From Malacoraja senta (lineage: Eukaryota), in assembly GCA_038087875.1 (NCBI GenBank), contig CM075978.1:174716001-174780000 (forward strand): 64,000 bases of DNA. Reading direction: 5' to 3'. A program made the position numbers and the translations under genes. Positions 23,601 through 34,953 of the stretch are shown here, one piece after another. Each line of letters opens with the position of its first letter. The first letter of the stretch is position 1. Under the pieces are notes generated by a model. The model did no database searches and was not told where the DNA came from. It worked only from the letters and a program-made list of their open reading frames with translations.

Positions 23601-25864
23601 TCGAAGGGAGGTCGACGGAGGTCGTCACTCTCCACTATTCGGTGTCCAATTTTCCCGAAGTTAGTCGTAGCTAGTCTTCAACATAGTCGAAGGAGGTCGA
23701 AGGAGGTCTTTTACATAGTCGAAGGAGGTCTTCAAAATGTCATTTTTTCAAACTCTCCTAAACTCGCCAATTAGGTCGCCCAAGTGGGACAGCCTCTTAA
23801 GGATATTACTGGGACTGGACAGCTTGCGTTAGATGAAGTGACAGGATAATCTGGAATATTTTTCCCTGGAGTGTCCATAATTCCCTGAAAGTAGCAGCAC
23901 AGGTGGATAGGGTAGTGAAACAGTCACGAGTGTTTAATTGTCAGCAAAACTTAAGTGCTGGAGAAACTCAGTGAGTCAGGCAGCATGTGGAGGGAATGGA
24001 TAGGCGATGTATCAGTTCAAGGCCCTTCAGATTGAATGTAGTAGGTGGGAGAAAGCTGAAAAAGAGGTGGGGCAGGACAAAGCCCAGGCTATAGGTGAAG
24101 GATGGGTTGATTGGCAGTTGGTATTCACAGGCTGGAGATGAAATGGAGACAGGTGTGTCATATAAGGAGAGAAGAGGAGTAAAATATAAAGTCAGGTGGA
24201 GGGATATGTGGAAGGGGATGGTTTCTGGGAGGGGGCGGTGGGATAGTGGGTGAAATGGGTGAGCACCGTGGTGGGGAGGCGCAGGAAAGGGGGTGTGGTG
24301 TTACATAAAATTGAAGAATTGGCATAAAGCAATAGGGGCATAAAGCAGGGAAATGCGTTTAGAGTGCTTAGGCATCACAGGCAAAGTCGGCCAAAACATC
24401 TCGTTTCTGTGCTGAATATTTCTTTATTATTCTATGAACAGGATGCAGGTGTTGACCTTTGCGCTTGACCTTGCTGTACTAACATTAAGGATAGTTAAAA
24501 GGAGAAACTGGAGAGCGCATACTTTTTTGTGAAACTTCCTGTGCCGGCTTGCATGCGACTTCCTTGTGGAAGGTACTTCAGTAAATGGTCACGGAGTCTG
24601 CTGTTCAATCTTAGGTTTGTTTGGCAGACGATAGGCCTGGTCATGCTCACTGCCTGCCCAGAACAAATTGAGGCACAGGTAAAGTGCAAGAAGGTAATTG
24701 ACTTTTATTAATGCAGGAGCCCTCTCGCTGAGATGGAGGAAGAGCGTCGAGAGCATGTGGCGAAGATGAAGAAAATGGAGACTGAGATGGAACAAGTGTT
24801 TGAGATGAAGGTCAAGGAGAAGAAACAGAAATTGAAAGACTCTGAGAATGAAGTAAGCTTTTCTAACCATCATCCCTACCCCACATCTCCATTGACCCTT
24901 CCGTACGCTTTCAGCACCTTCCTCTCTCTGTAGCCTTTGACTGCAACTAATGGCATTTTGTTGTCTTGTAACCCATCCATCTTGGTGTCCTCTGCTTGTC
25001 CCAGAATATGTAATTCTGTCCCTACCTGGACGCATCTGTACTGAAAGAGAGTGGTTGGTTTGAATTGGACATTACCCAGGGAGCATGACTGATGTACTCA
25101 GCCATTTCAGAGTGTTGTAGAAACTAAAGGCACTCTTCTTCCTTTCGTGTTGCCATTCCCTCCCTCTTCCCTCCTACTCCACCCCCTTCCCCTTCTCCCT
25201 TCCCTGGCTTCCCCTCCTTCCGCTCTCACTTTCCCTTTCCTGCCGCCTCCTTCCTTGCTACCCCCACCCTCCCTCTCCTCCTCCCTTCTCTGTCTCCGTG
25301 CCCCTGTAGCTGCAGCGCCGACATGAACAGATGAAGAAAAACCTGGATGCTCAATACAAGGAGCTGGAGGAGAAGAGGAAGCAGTTTGAGGAAGAGAAAG
25401 TAGCATGGGAGGCAGAGCAACGCTTGTTGGAACAGCAGAAATTGGATGCTTCGAAGTTAGTGGTAATTGTACTTGAGAGTGTATGAGGAGTTTTGTGTGG
25501 GGGAAACGCTGAGTGTGAATGGGCATTGTATAGCAATGGGGAGACCTGCTCTTGGGTATGGGCTGAGGAAATGAGGGAAGAGTGTGACAAAGGTGGCTGT
25601 GAGAGGTGAAGTGTAAATAAGGGAGCGTGTACAGCTAGCTGCAGGTATGAGGGAGATGGTACATGGGTACATGAAAGGAGAGTGGAGACAGTGAGCATGA
25701 GATGAGGGATGTAAGCTTGCATGCTACTGCATGTCACTGCCCTCCCAGGACTGTTCCTCTTGTTCTGCATATTACGTGTGCTGTGTTTGAGTAAATTAAC
25801 TCTTTCTTTTTCCATCCTTCCCAGAACAATGGAGAAGAACAAGAAGAAAGGGAAGATCTTCTGA
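3168..25864 (+). CDS. SEPTIN7: Septin-7-family GTPase gene, 5'-partial, 11 coding exons in window (possibly the septin15/sept7-like paralog)
   Basis: Spliced exons give G1 GESGLGKS, G3 DTPG, G4 AKAD, the septin-unique element [13 protein letters not shown], a coiled coil and the C-terminus [13 protein letters not shown]. All introns are GT-AG. Exon sizes 106/101/135/118/93/97/52/126/136/146/40 match the recalled vertebrate SEPT7 pattern, except the first exon (-1 nt) and the tenth (+6 nt). Confidence 0.95.
3696..4049 (+). mobile_element. tRNA-derived CORE-type SINE with L2-like 3' tail
   Basis: A box TGGCGCAATGG, B box GGTTCGAATCCC, CORE-like GTGTCCTTGGGCAAGACACTT, stem-loop AGCGCCTT/AAGGCGCT, (TTA)n tail and TTATCCT flanking repeat. 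Confidence 0.88.
5058..5158 (+). CDS. SEPTIN7: Septin exon [33 protein letters not shown](C)
   Basis: ccag|GTT ... TG|gtag; 101 nt; DTPG motif. Confidence 0.96.
5647..5781 (+). CDS. SEPTIN7: Septin exon [44 protein letters not shown](G)
   Basis: gcag|T ... GG|gtgag; 135 nt. Confidence 0.96.
6200..6477. mobile_element. Truncated Harbinger-type MITE (right TIR only)
   Basis: AAGTGGGACAGGCCC followed by ATAA. Confidence 0.6.
7087..7965 (-). mobile_element. Unclassified non-autonomous retroposon-like repeat
   Basis: GC-rich body, internal hairpin and (CAATT)n tail. Confidence 0.5.
8197..8314 (+). CDS. SEPTIN7: Septin exon [39 protein letters not shown]
   Basis: ccag|G ... CAG|gtaaag; 118 nt; AKAD motif. 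Confidence 0.96.
9046..9138 (+). CDS. SEPTIN7: Septin exon [31 protein letters not shown]
   Basis: aaag|ATT ... AAG|gtaaat; 93 nt. Confidence 0.95.
9520..9825 (+). mobile_element. CR1 RT fragment running into the gap
   Basis: [26 protein letters not shown]. Confidence 0.8.
9826..9959. other. Assembly gap (134 N)
   Basis: N run. Confidence 0.99.
10183..10562. repeat. 36-bp minisatellite (about 10 copies) within a hAT/Charlie-like non-autonomous element ending at about 10633
   Basis: Unit approximately CCCGGGACTGGCTGCAGTTCCCAGGTCGCCTGCGTG; terminus reads CAGGGGTCAGCAACCTACGGCCC on the - strand. Confidence 0.8.
10818..11285. mobile_element. Harbinger-type MITE
   Basis: TIR GGCCTGTCCCACTTGCATGCGA / TCGCATGCAAGTGGAACAGGCC; TAA left flank. 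Confidence 0.85.
11290..11782 (+). mobile_element. Unclassified non-autonomous retroposon-like repeat with internal GGGAGCTTCGA repeats
   Basis: Rex-like 3' tail (ttcactatacc..gacaataaa); hairpin shared with the element at 7087-7965. Confidence 0.5.
11800..12600 (+). mobile_element. Old CR1 3' fragment
   Basis: [13 protein letters not shown] and PHVQFWCP remnants. Confidence 0.8.
12880..13018 (+). mobile_element. L2-type LINE 3' end
   Basis: TGTAAAGCACTT..TGTGCTATATAAATAAA followed by a (TGACT)n tail. Confidence 0.65.
13403..14435 (+). mobile_element. Non-autonomous DNA transposon (hAT-like), copy 1
   Basis: Imperfect TIR TAGGTATGTTACAA / TTGTAACATTGCTA; 7-bp TSD ATTCTAT. Confidence 0.85.
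15712..16950 (-). mobile_element. CR1 LINE 3' half
   Basis: RT ORFs 16632-16940, 16212-16601 and 15824-16210; short (ACCATATA)-type tail. Confidence 0.93.
17017..17113 (+). CDS. SEPTIN7: Septin exon [32 protein letters not shown]
   Basis: caag|GAT ... G|gtaaaa; 97 nt. Confidence 0.96.
17569..17645. repeat. Compound microsatellite (GT)n(AT)n(CA)n; similar CA/GCAC tracts at about 5853-5896 and 48040-48155
   Basis: Direct reading of the sequence. Confidence 0.9.
17860..17911 (+). CDS. SEPTIN7: Septin exon (V)[16 protein letters not shown](R)
   Basis: acag|TT ... AG|gtaaag; 52 nt. Confidence 0.95.
18869..18994 (+). CDS. SEPTIN7: Septin exon [41 protein letters not shown](R)
   Basis: gcag|G ... 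AG|gtgag; 126 nt. Confidence 0.96.
19950..20860 (-). mobile_element. Rex1/Babar LINE fragments
   Basis: [23 protein letters not shown] (endonuclease) and [13 protein letters not shown] (RT). Confidence 0.7.
22016..22846 (+). mobile_element. Young CR1 3' fragment, near-identical to about 40388-41205
   Basis: ORF 22018-22755 and the same 3' UTR and tail. Confidence 0.96.
23269..23796. mobile_element. Harbinger-type MITE inside old CR1
   Basis: 23-bp TIR CTGTCCCACTTGGG[T/C]GACCTAAT; internal GTAGTCGAAGG repeats. Confidence 0.85.
24717..24852 (+). CDS. SEPTIN7: Septin exon [45 protein letters not shown]
   Basis: gcag|G ... GAA|gtaag; 136 nt; coiled coil. Confidence 0.96.
25310..25455 (+). CDS. 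SEPTIN7: Septin exon [48 protein letters not shown](K)
   Basis: gtag|CTG ... AA|gttag; 146 nt. Confidence 0.95.
25825..25864 (+). CDS. SEPTIN7: Septin last coding exon [12 protein letters not shown]
   Basis: ccag|A ... TGA; 40 nt. Confidence 0.96.
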
Positions 25865-28800
25865 AGAGGTTTATTATTAGTGGAAATGTTTTAAGGCTCA
25901 TTCCTTTGGCCATACTGCAACGGAGAGACATTGCTTAAATCGGATCAGACAATTACTTAGCTCCCTGCAAGCCCAGGACTAGTGAAAAAAACAGTAAATT
26001 CTTCATATGTTCCTGGCACTGAGCTCCTTTACAGTGGGCCTCTTGTTGTCTTGTCTTAATATCCCATGAATCACAAGCTGTGCAGTAATGATGACATTTG
26101 GTACCTGCTGCTCATGCTGCATGCTCCTCACATTGTCCCCCCATGTGAGAGTAAAACTCAGCTCCACATTCTGTCTGCTTGGTGTGTGATTGCCACCTAG
26201 TGGCAGATTCTTCATATGCCTCACACATCCAACACAAGGATCACAGTGAGGCCCCATCCAGTTTGGCCATTGTATCCTCCTCTGGTATTAATTTCTTGAG
26301 CAAGTTGTGCAATTCCGGTGCTGGTAATTGTGGTTTGCAAAAGGTCAGCAGTCTTTGAGCTCTCGTTGGTTCACACTGGGCCATAGAACCAGATCACTGC
26401 AGTGCTGATTTTAATCATTCAACACAAAACAAAATGAACAATTTTTGTTTCATAATTGAAGTGAGGTTATGTTTAATGAGTGGTTTGAATATAGTTGAGT
26501 CTCGTGCGATAACAATCATTACAAGTGGGCAGGACAGAAACATATTGATTCTCTATTTGTATTGGTATTTCACCAGCTCAAATGTCCCATGGATTCAGGA
26601 TTGGTTGGTCATGAATGGGCCACCTGGTTGCCAGTCATGTGCAATGATTCCCTGTATTTGGAGTGACTGGTTTTCTGAATGGGGGCAGAGCTTCTGTGTG
26701 GGGAGATGCCCTGTCCTCCAGTCAAGCAAACAGATGCAGTGGCAGGCTGCCTTTCACTTCAGTTGATACAATGACGCAACGATAGAATTACTGTCTTAGC
26801 GTCAGAGACCTAGGTTTGATCCTGACTACGGGTGCTGTCTGTACACAGTTTGTACATTCTTCCTGTGACTATGTGGTTTTCTCCGTGTGTTCTGATTTCC
26901 TCCCACATTCCAAAGTAGTGCAGGTTTGTAGGTTAATTGGCTTCTGTAAATTGCCCCTATATCATAGAACTTGTGTGAATGGGTGATTGTTGGTCAGCAT
27001 GGATTTGGTGGGCCGAAGGACCTGTTTCTACATTCTATCTCTAAACTTAAACTAAACATGCATTTGGCCTGCTGCAGAGTCCATTGTGACACTTCAGATA
27101 ATTTCACATCCAGCCCAGGAGGGGAGTCAGAAGAATTTTTTAATGTTTTATCCAGTCTGACGGCTACATTTCTTGAATCGACTGACTGATGGAACGTGTT
27201 GTGTAAGCAAGGTAGAAATGTGCTGGAGGATCTCGACAGGTCAGCAGCATCTGTGGAGGAAATGCGCAACCGACGTTTTAGGTTGGGTCCCTGCATCAGA
27301 GTCTGAAGAGCCAAAACATTGTCTATTCCCTTCCTGAATGCTGCCTGACCTGCAAAGTCCTTCCAGCATTTTGTGTTTTGTTCAAGATTCCAACATCTGC
27401 AGTTTCTTGAGTCTCAAATATGGTATAGGTTTGCTGTGCTACTCTGTTACACGTAAATCCCGGGCAACCCCGTTTGTTCTTATGCTTCCTGTGGCAGTGT
27501 CCGTTGAGAAGCTGCAATGTTCCCTTCTTCCCACAGGTGCTTGTGTCTCCTGCTTATTTTCTTTGCTAGTTTTGCATGGGGAAACAAGCAAAGTGCTTTT
27601 AGATCACTGCTGGTACATTTGTAAAATTGGTGTTGTAAGACATTACTCTGCTTCAGCTCCAGGGTGGATCCCAAACCATGAATGACGCAACAGCCAGAAG
27701 GTTGGTATTGTACTTCTCCCCAGCTGATCCATTTTCTTTGCATATGTAGGATCAGAACTTTCAGCCTTGTGTCCTGACATCTCCCTGCTTTGTGGCCACT
27801 TCTTCCTTCTGTGCTGGTGACTGTACTAGGTCGTGCACCCACATTCTCCATCCTCGTCCTCCTCTTTTTTTTTGTCTCTAATCTTACCCCTTCTCTCTTT
27901 CTCTCTCAGCGCTGGGTGTCTCCCTGTCACTGTCAAGGTCTTTGAATGCTGGGATGGGACTTTTAACCCTTCTGTTTTTTCACATGTGCTCTGCATTGGG
28001 GCTTCTCGGCCTTTCTATGTTGGGAGGGGTCCCTTCCTCTCAGCCTCCCCCCTCCTATATTCTCTACTTGCTGTTCTATCACCCAGTGCCCTCACCAAAT
28101 CCCTGTCTTAGAAATGGCTTTCTTGATCTGCACAGTGGTGTCTCAATGTTTGCTCTGAGTGGTGAGCTCTCCCTTATCGGCTCACCCTACCCTATGTTGT
28201 ATCAGTGGCCCTGTGCATTTTCTGCCAATAATTTGGTTCACTGTGATAAACTACCATCAGCGAAGGTGTAGGAGGAGGAGGAGCAACGACACTTCAGGGA
28301 GAGGAACTTGGAGCTGTCTCATTGAATTGAAATGTTATATTTGGTGTTTTTTTTAAAAAGAAATAAGCTTTACTTGATGTTTTATAATCTTCACTGCCAC
28401 TTAGTATACATATTGAAATAAACAGATAATCTCTCCAGTTCAAGCATTCCACTCGCGGATGTCTCTGTTTTTGCTTTATACAAGTTCAGTCTGACCCCCA
28501 CAGCTTGTACCCATGGTGTGGATGTGGTGGTGAATGGCTAAGATTATAGCAAATCCGGTACAAGGGGTTTTGCTGCAGGTGATCAGTGCCAGCAGCTCAA
28601 ATGTCAGGCTACTAAACTAGAACATGAAGAAATTAAAAGGTGTATCGTGCACAGAACTCCCCAAAATCTCTGTGCAAATCTGTGTGGTCTGATAGCAGAC
28701 TGTGATATGATGGAAGCATTAAAATAGGGTGATGTCACCTCCATCCCTTTCTGTTGCACACAGCAGGATGATGCATGGGGACTTGCTCTATATTCCAAAA

Positions 28801-29229
28801 TCACTAAAAGCTACAAAGGTACGGTGCATGATGATCAGGGGTAATATCCACCAGGTGTACAGATACATAGAAGACATATTAATCTGATTACTTCCATACT
28901 GACTGCACCCTTGACATTACCTGTGGGAACTCCTCTCACTTTCTTCAGATTTCTTCATGGGCACTGGCATGCCTGCCTTTTTGTCGATTACATCAGTCTT
29001 TGTTCCCAACGTACATTGACACCATCCCCAAACTACTACATTGAAGACTGCATCATGGTTGCTTCTTGCACCTGTGCAGAACTCATGACTTCATTAACTT
29101 TGCCACTAATTTCCACCCTGCCCTCAAATTCACATGGGCTATCCCTGACTCTCTCCCCTATCATGATCTCTCTCTCTCTCTCACAGGGGCAGACTATTGA
29201 GTTAGTTATCTGGTATTAACCTAGTTATC

Positions 29230-31390
29230 TGGTCAACGCTTCCTCCTGTGGTGTCTGGGAGCTCAATATGCAGGGGTATTCAATATTCAGGAAGGATAGA
29301 CAGAAAGGAACAGGAGGTGGGGGGGGAGTGGCATTGCTGGTTAAAGAGATTAATGCAATAGTAAGGAGAGACAGCTTGGATGCTGTAGAATCTGTATCGG
29401 TAGAACTGCAAAATAATCAAGGGCCAAAAACGCTTGTTGGAGTTGTGTACAGACCACCAAACAGCAGTAATGAGGTAGGGGATAGCATCAAACAGGAAAT
29501 TAGAGATGCGTGTGGCAAAGGTAAAGCAGTTATCATGGGTGACTTTAATCAACATATAGATTGGGCTAACCATATTGGTAACAATACTGAAGAGTATTTC
29601 CTGGAGTGTATATGGGATTGTTTTCTAAGCCAATATATATAGGAACCAACTAGAGGGCAGGCCATCATAGACTGGGTATTGTGTAGTGAGGAAGGATTAG
29701 TTAGCAATCTTGCTATGGAAAGCCCCTTGGGCAACAGTGACCATAATATGGTGGAATTCTGCATTTAGATGGAGTGTCACAGCTAAATCAGAAACAGAGC
29801 CAGAGGAAGCAGCAAACCAGAGGACTGGGAGAAATTTAGAATTCAACAGAGGAAGACAAAGGGGTTAATTAAGAGGTGGAAAATAGAGCATGAAAGACAG
29901 CTTGCGGGGAACAGCTTTAGATATGTGAAGAGGAAAAGATTAGTGAAGACAAATGTAGGTCCCTTGCATTCAGAAACAAGGAAATGGCAGACCGGTTAAA
30001 CAAGTACTTTGGTTAGGAAGACACAAACAATCTCCCAGAAATCCTACGGGACCGAGGATCTAGAGTGAGGGAGGAACTGAAGGAAATTCACATTAGTCAT
30101 GAAATGGTGTTGGGTAAATTGTTGGGACTGAAGGCAGATATATCCCCAGGACCTGATGGTCTGCATCCCAGAGTACTCAAGGAGGTGGCCCTGGAAATCG
30201 TGGATGCATTGGTGATTATTTTCCAATGTTCTCTCGACTTTGGATCAGTTCCTGTGGACTGGAGGGTAGTTAATGTAACCCCACTTTTTAAGAAAGGAGG
30301 GAGAGAGAAAACAGAATTATAGACCAGTTAGCCTGACATCGGTAGTGGGGAAGATGCTTGAATTCATTATTAAAGATGTAATAGCAGTGCATTTAGAAAG
30401 CAGTGACAGGTCAAAGTCAGCATGGATTTATGAAGGGGAAATCATGCTTGCCTAATTTTCTGGTATTTTTTGAGGACATAAGTAGAATGGATAAGGGACA
30501 GCCAGTGGATGTGGTGTAACTGGACTTTCAAAAAGCCTTTAACAAGGTCCCACAGAAGAGATTAGTGTGCAAAATTAGAGCACGTGGTATGAGGGGTATT
30601 GACATGCATGGAGAACTGGTTGGATGACGACGCAAAGAGTAGGAATTAACGGGTTCTTTTCAGATTGGCAGGCAGTGACTAGTGGGGTGTCACAAGGCTC
30701 AGTGCTGGGACCCCAGTTATTTATAATCTATATTAACAATTTAGATGAAGGAATTAAATGTAACATCTACTAGTTTGCAGATGACAAAGCTGGGTGGCAG
30801 CGTGGAGGATGCTATGAGGCTGCAGCGTGACTTGGATAGGTTGGGTGAGTGGGCAGAAGCAGTATAATATGGATAAATGTGAGGTTATCCACTTTGGTGA
30901 CAAGAACAAGAAATAAGTTTATTATTGGAAGGTGTCAGATTAGGAAAAGGGGAGGTGCAACGAGACCCAAGTGTCCTTGTACATCAAGTCACTGAAAGTA
31001 AGCATGCAGGTATAGCAGGCAGTGAAGAAAGCTAATGGCATGTTGGCCTTCATAGCGAGAGGTTTTGAGTAGAGTAAGGAGGTCCTACTGCAGTTGTACA
31101 GAGCGCTGGTGAGACCGCACCTGGAATATTGTGTGCAGTTTTGGTCTCCTAATTTGAGGAAGGACATTCTTGCTATTGAGGTAGTGCAGCGTTGGGTCAC
31201 CAGGTTAATTCCTGGGATGGCGGACGGACATATGTTGAAAGAATGGATTGACTGGGCTTATACTCACTGGAATTTAGAAGGATGAGAGGGGATCTTATTA
31301 AAACATAAAATTGTTAAGGTATTGGACATGCTGGATGCAGGAAAAATGTTCCCCATGTTGGGGGAGTCCAGAACCAGGGGTCACAGTTGA
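29230..31390 (+). mobile_element. Degenerate CR1 LINE (endonuclease to C-terminus)
   Basis: VGVVYRPP, GDFN, PGPDGLHPRVLKE and [10 protein letters not shown] fragments. Confidence 0.92.
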
Positions 31391-32389
31391 AGAGCCAAGA
31401 AGCATCAAGTGGGATAGATATCATGCAGGCCGGCCCGTAATAGCTAAGGGGTAATAAGTTTGGTAGTCTAATTGTGCATTTACACTTTATAATAATTATA
31501 AGGTTGTAAATGATGGAATAACTAATGCCTTTGTAAGTGTTGATGTATCACAGGGAGCATATGTCACTAGCTGCATTAAATGCTATGTTAAGAATGGCTG
31601 GGAATGTACTCTACCTCGTGATAATGTCATAACCCTGGGTCTCACAAAACAAATCACCATTGGAGACAAGGAATTAATAATAACATTGGCTGAACATGAT
31701 TACTGTGCGGCCAACTATCGAACACTATATGACAAGTAGGTGGCGATGATATGCCACGTATTATGTGTGCTCGCCGCCATGTGTCCTCTAAAGTCCATGT
31801 TGTTTCACAGCATGAAAAAGAAACGGCATTATTATTCCTTTCACATTCCGTCACAAGATCGCCTTTAAAAAACCAGAAATGACATCGAATAAAGTTGATA
31901 AGTTTTATGATTAGATTTCTCGCCCAAGTAAGCTCCCATAAGGATCAGGCGGTCTTGTGAAGCGAGAACTTCTAATTTTCGATGCCTTTCAGCGTGAATT
32001 GACAGGAATCTATGACATTCAGCTGGTGTGATGCCATCAAGCTAACAAAAAGCCATCAAGCAGTCAGCAACTTCCTACACAAGCTAACAAAACTGCCCAT
32101 CACAATAAAAACATTCTAAACAAAATTTTGGCCAGGAGAAAACATTGGACATAGAACAGCACAGCACAAGAAACGCCCCCCTCGGCCCACTATGTGCCTA
32201 ATATGTCAATTTAAACTGGTCAGCTGCCTGGACATAATCAATATCGCTCGCTCTATTGCCTTATCCAGAAGCACCTTAAATGCCATGATGGTATCTGCCT
32301 CCACCACCACCCCTGGCAGGTGCATTCCAGGCCCCCACCACTCGCTGTGTGAAAACGTAGCCCGCACGTCTCCACTAAAATTTCCCTTA

Positions 32390-33300
32390 GAAATAATTAT
32401 TTTTTTAAGCAGCTGAGTGCTAATGGAAATTTAAAAGTAAACTTGAGATTAAAGTATAAATCGATGCATGGAACCGTACTTCCACATATAACTGCCAATA
32501 TTTCTCCAAATGTTTGTCAGACAAGGAGGGCGGAAGATCCAACTTTTCTGTGAACCGTTTGATTTCTTGATTTTCTCGTCTGAACTCCCCGTGCAGTTGA
32601 GAGCTGCTGCTCCACAATGCCAGAGACCCAGTTCAATCCTTTTTTTTGTTTATTATATTATCCATTGAGTACTGTGTTTACAAAACTTTTATGCTGCCGC
32701 ACGTAAGAATTTCATTACTCTGTTTCAGTACATATGGACTACCTATGTACTGATAAAACATGGGAGAGCTGCTGCCTCACATCGCCAGAAGCCAGGGTTC
32801 AATCCTGACCTGGTATGCCCTGTGCGGAGATTGCGCGTTTCCTCCATGTGCTCCAGTTTTTTTCCTCCCACATCCCAAATACGTGCCGATTTGTATATTA
32901 GTTGACCTCTACAGTTCCCCTTGCGTAGGTATTTAGAAAGTGAATGGTTGGCCGAAGGACGGCGTGGTCTGGGTGGGCCAAATGGTTCAATGGTGAATGG
33001 TTCAATGGTGATTTTATTGACACATGAGCGAAGTGCCAACACAGTGAAATTGTTACCCCGATTAGCAAATGTACAGAAATATACTGAGCCCGTTTGCAAG
33101 AGGCGCCATTATTTTGGCGCCATTTTCAAAGTCCACGCTCCAGTTCTATCGAGCCACGCAGTTTCAAGCAAGTTCCAGGCTTTTTCCGATCTCCAGCCAT
33201 TTCGTTCCTTGGAAATTCCGTAAACAAGAAGGTAAGATTTAAGAAGTTATTTATGTCTAATGTTAATTTAATCTCCAGGGTGACACCAGGAAAACAGCTG
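32390..33300. pseudogene. Degenerate relic of a paralogous IgSF receptor (cytoplasmic mini-exon and TM-exon end), partly inverted
   Basis: 32390-32455 aligns with 49046-49110 in the same orientation, with splice sites lost. 33205-33300 aligns with the reverse complement of about 50221-50320 (ttccgtaaaca[a/g]gaa[g/a]gtaag and the following intron). Confidence 0.55.
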
Positions 33301-33949
33301 AAAGTCCATGGAACCTGCCTCCACCCGTTGACTTTCTCCAGCATTTGTCTACCTTACATTTTTGATTTGTTTTGTTTTGTTTTTGCCCATCACCTTCATT
33401 CTATGTCCCATAGTTATTATTTTCTAGAAACTGTTTCCCTCACTCCACTTTCACTCTAATGTGCTCGTGATTTCACATCCCACGATCAAATCCCCAAGGT
33501 ATCTTTTCAATTCTGAGGGAAACTCCGTTCAGCTTCTACAATCTATCCACAGAACTAAAGTCCCTCATCCCTGGAATCATAACCATAAATAGCTACTGCC
33601 CCTCACATGTTACCGCAGAGGCGATGTAGTTTAGAATTACAGCATGAAAACAGGTCTCTCGAGGTCGGCTGCGAGTGGCACCCCCTAGAGACGAAGGTGG
33701 GCGGGCGAGGGGAGAGGGACACAAGCAAAGATACTAGAAGAGGTGACACCAAATAGAAGCTAACCAGGCCTGTGGAACATGCAAACACGGGTAGGAGATT
33801 TTTAAATTGGAGGCATCGGATGGAGGGAGGAATCAGCTTCCGCCTCTATCATTGGAGCCTCGATGTTCTGACCCACAGACAGAAATGAGTGACGGTATGA
33901 GACAGCATCTCCTCCACAATAACAATCAACACTGGTGGTTCGCAAAATT

Positions 33950-34399
33950 GCGTTCTCAATCCCCTACTATACTTCCTTTACACTCACGACTGTATAGCTA
34001 AATTCGGCTCAAATTACGTCTTCACGTTTGCAGACGATACTATTGTCAGAAGGTACTATCGGCAGAAGGCACAGAAGTTTCAAAGCGGAAACCACCTGAA
34101 TCAGGAGAAATGTCTTCCTCTTCGTTATCAGGCATCTGAACGCTCCTTGCATAAGCTATATTCGATTCACCACTACGTGGTGCACAACACCACTACGATT
34201 CACCACTACCACCACACACCCCATTGTGGACATTGGATTTTGTCTAAGGAGTTTATGCGCTGCAATGCTTAGAAATGAGAACACTATGTGTATTTCCCCT
34301 TTGCTGTATCTATTGTATTTGAGTTTGAACTGATTGTATCATTGTATGATATATCTGATATGCTTGGATAGCATCCAAGACCATGTTTTTCATTGTACT
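33950..34399 (+). mobile_element. Rex-like LINE RT remnant and 3' tail (target of the Gypsy insertion; tail resumes at about 41964)
   Basis: YTHDCIAK..FADDTIV; the tail motif gtgacaataataaa lies right of the 5' LTR. Confidence 0.6.
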
Positions 34400-34645
34400 T
34401 GTCTAATTATTCTTATAATGAGGCTCGTACAACGACGTAATCGGAGTCTGTCTTTATTTAGCAACTCTGTACAGCAGCAGCCTCGTGTGCATGCCCGGGC
34501 CCGGCCCCTACGTCCCTCCGGTTACACCCACAGCGCCAACTTCAGGCCGGATGCCGTCACTGCAGCCTGACCACTGGCAGCAGCGCCACCCTCCGGTTGC
34601 TACAAAATAAAGGCATTCCTTACACTATTATTCCATAATACCACA
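34400..34645 (-). repeat. 3' LTR, preceded by PPT AAGAAAGGGAGA (34646-34657)
   Basis: 8 substitutions relative to the 5' LTR. Confidence 0.95.
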
Positions 34646-34953
34646 TCTCCCTTTCTTGGAGAACAAAGGGTGGACTACCTTTGTCTCTGCAGGTCTTAAG
34701 GGGTTTATTCTGCCCTTTTGCTGGAAGACCTGTCCCTGATCTGTCCCTGTTTCAAGCATGCAAAATAGAAATAAAATAACTTACACATTACCATACTGTG
34801 AACTATTACTTTTGCAGGCTGTGTTCTTCAAAACTTAAACACTCAGGTTTCAGGTAAATGTAAACAGGTTTCAGGTAAATGTAAACAGTAAAGCAGAACA
34901 ATTTCACACTCACATTTCACTCTTTTTTTTTACTGTGAAAACAAATCATTAAA

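Larger units (their letters stand above)
21960..23930 (+). mobile_element. Old CR1 RT fragment interrupted by the young CR1 and by a MITE
   Basis: ISKF(T)D ... KIGGV motif split by the insertion; degenerate downstream RT and C-terminal sequence. Confidence 0.7.

Noticed and set aside
33042-33080. CACAGTG heptamers (also about 8383, 11634, 26243, 47495, 51306) as RSS
   Set aside because: No ACAAAAACC-like nonamer at a 12- or 23-nt spacing.
34334-34570. Duplicated 78-aa ORF (also 36134-36370) as a small gene pair
   Set aside because: It spans host flank plus LTR and is a by-product of the inverted duplication.
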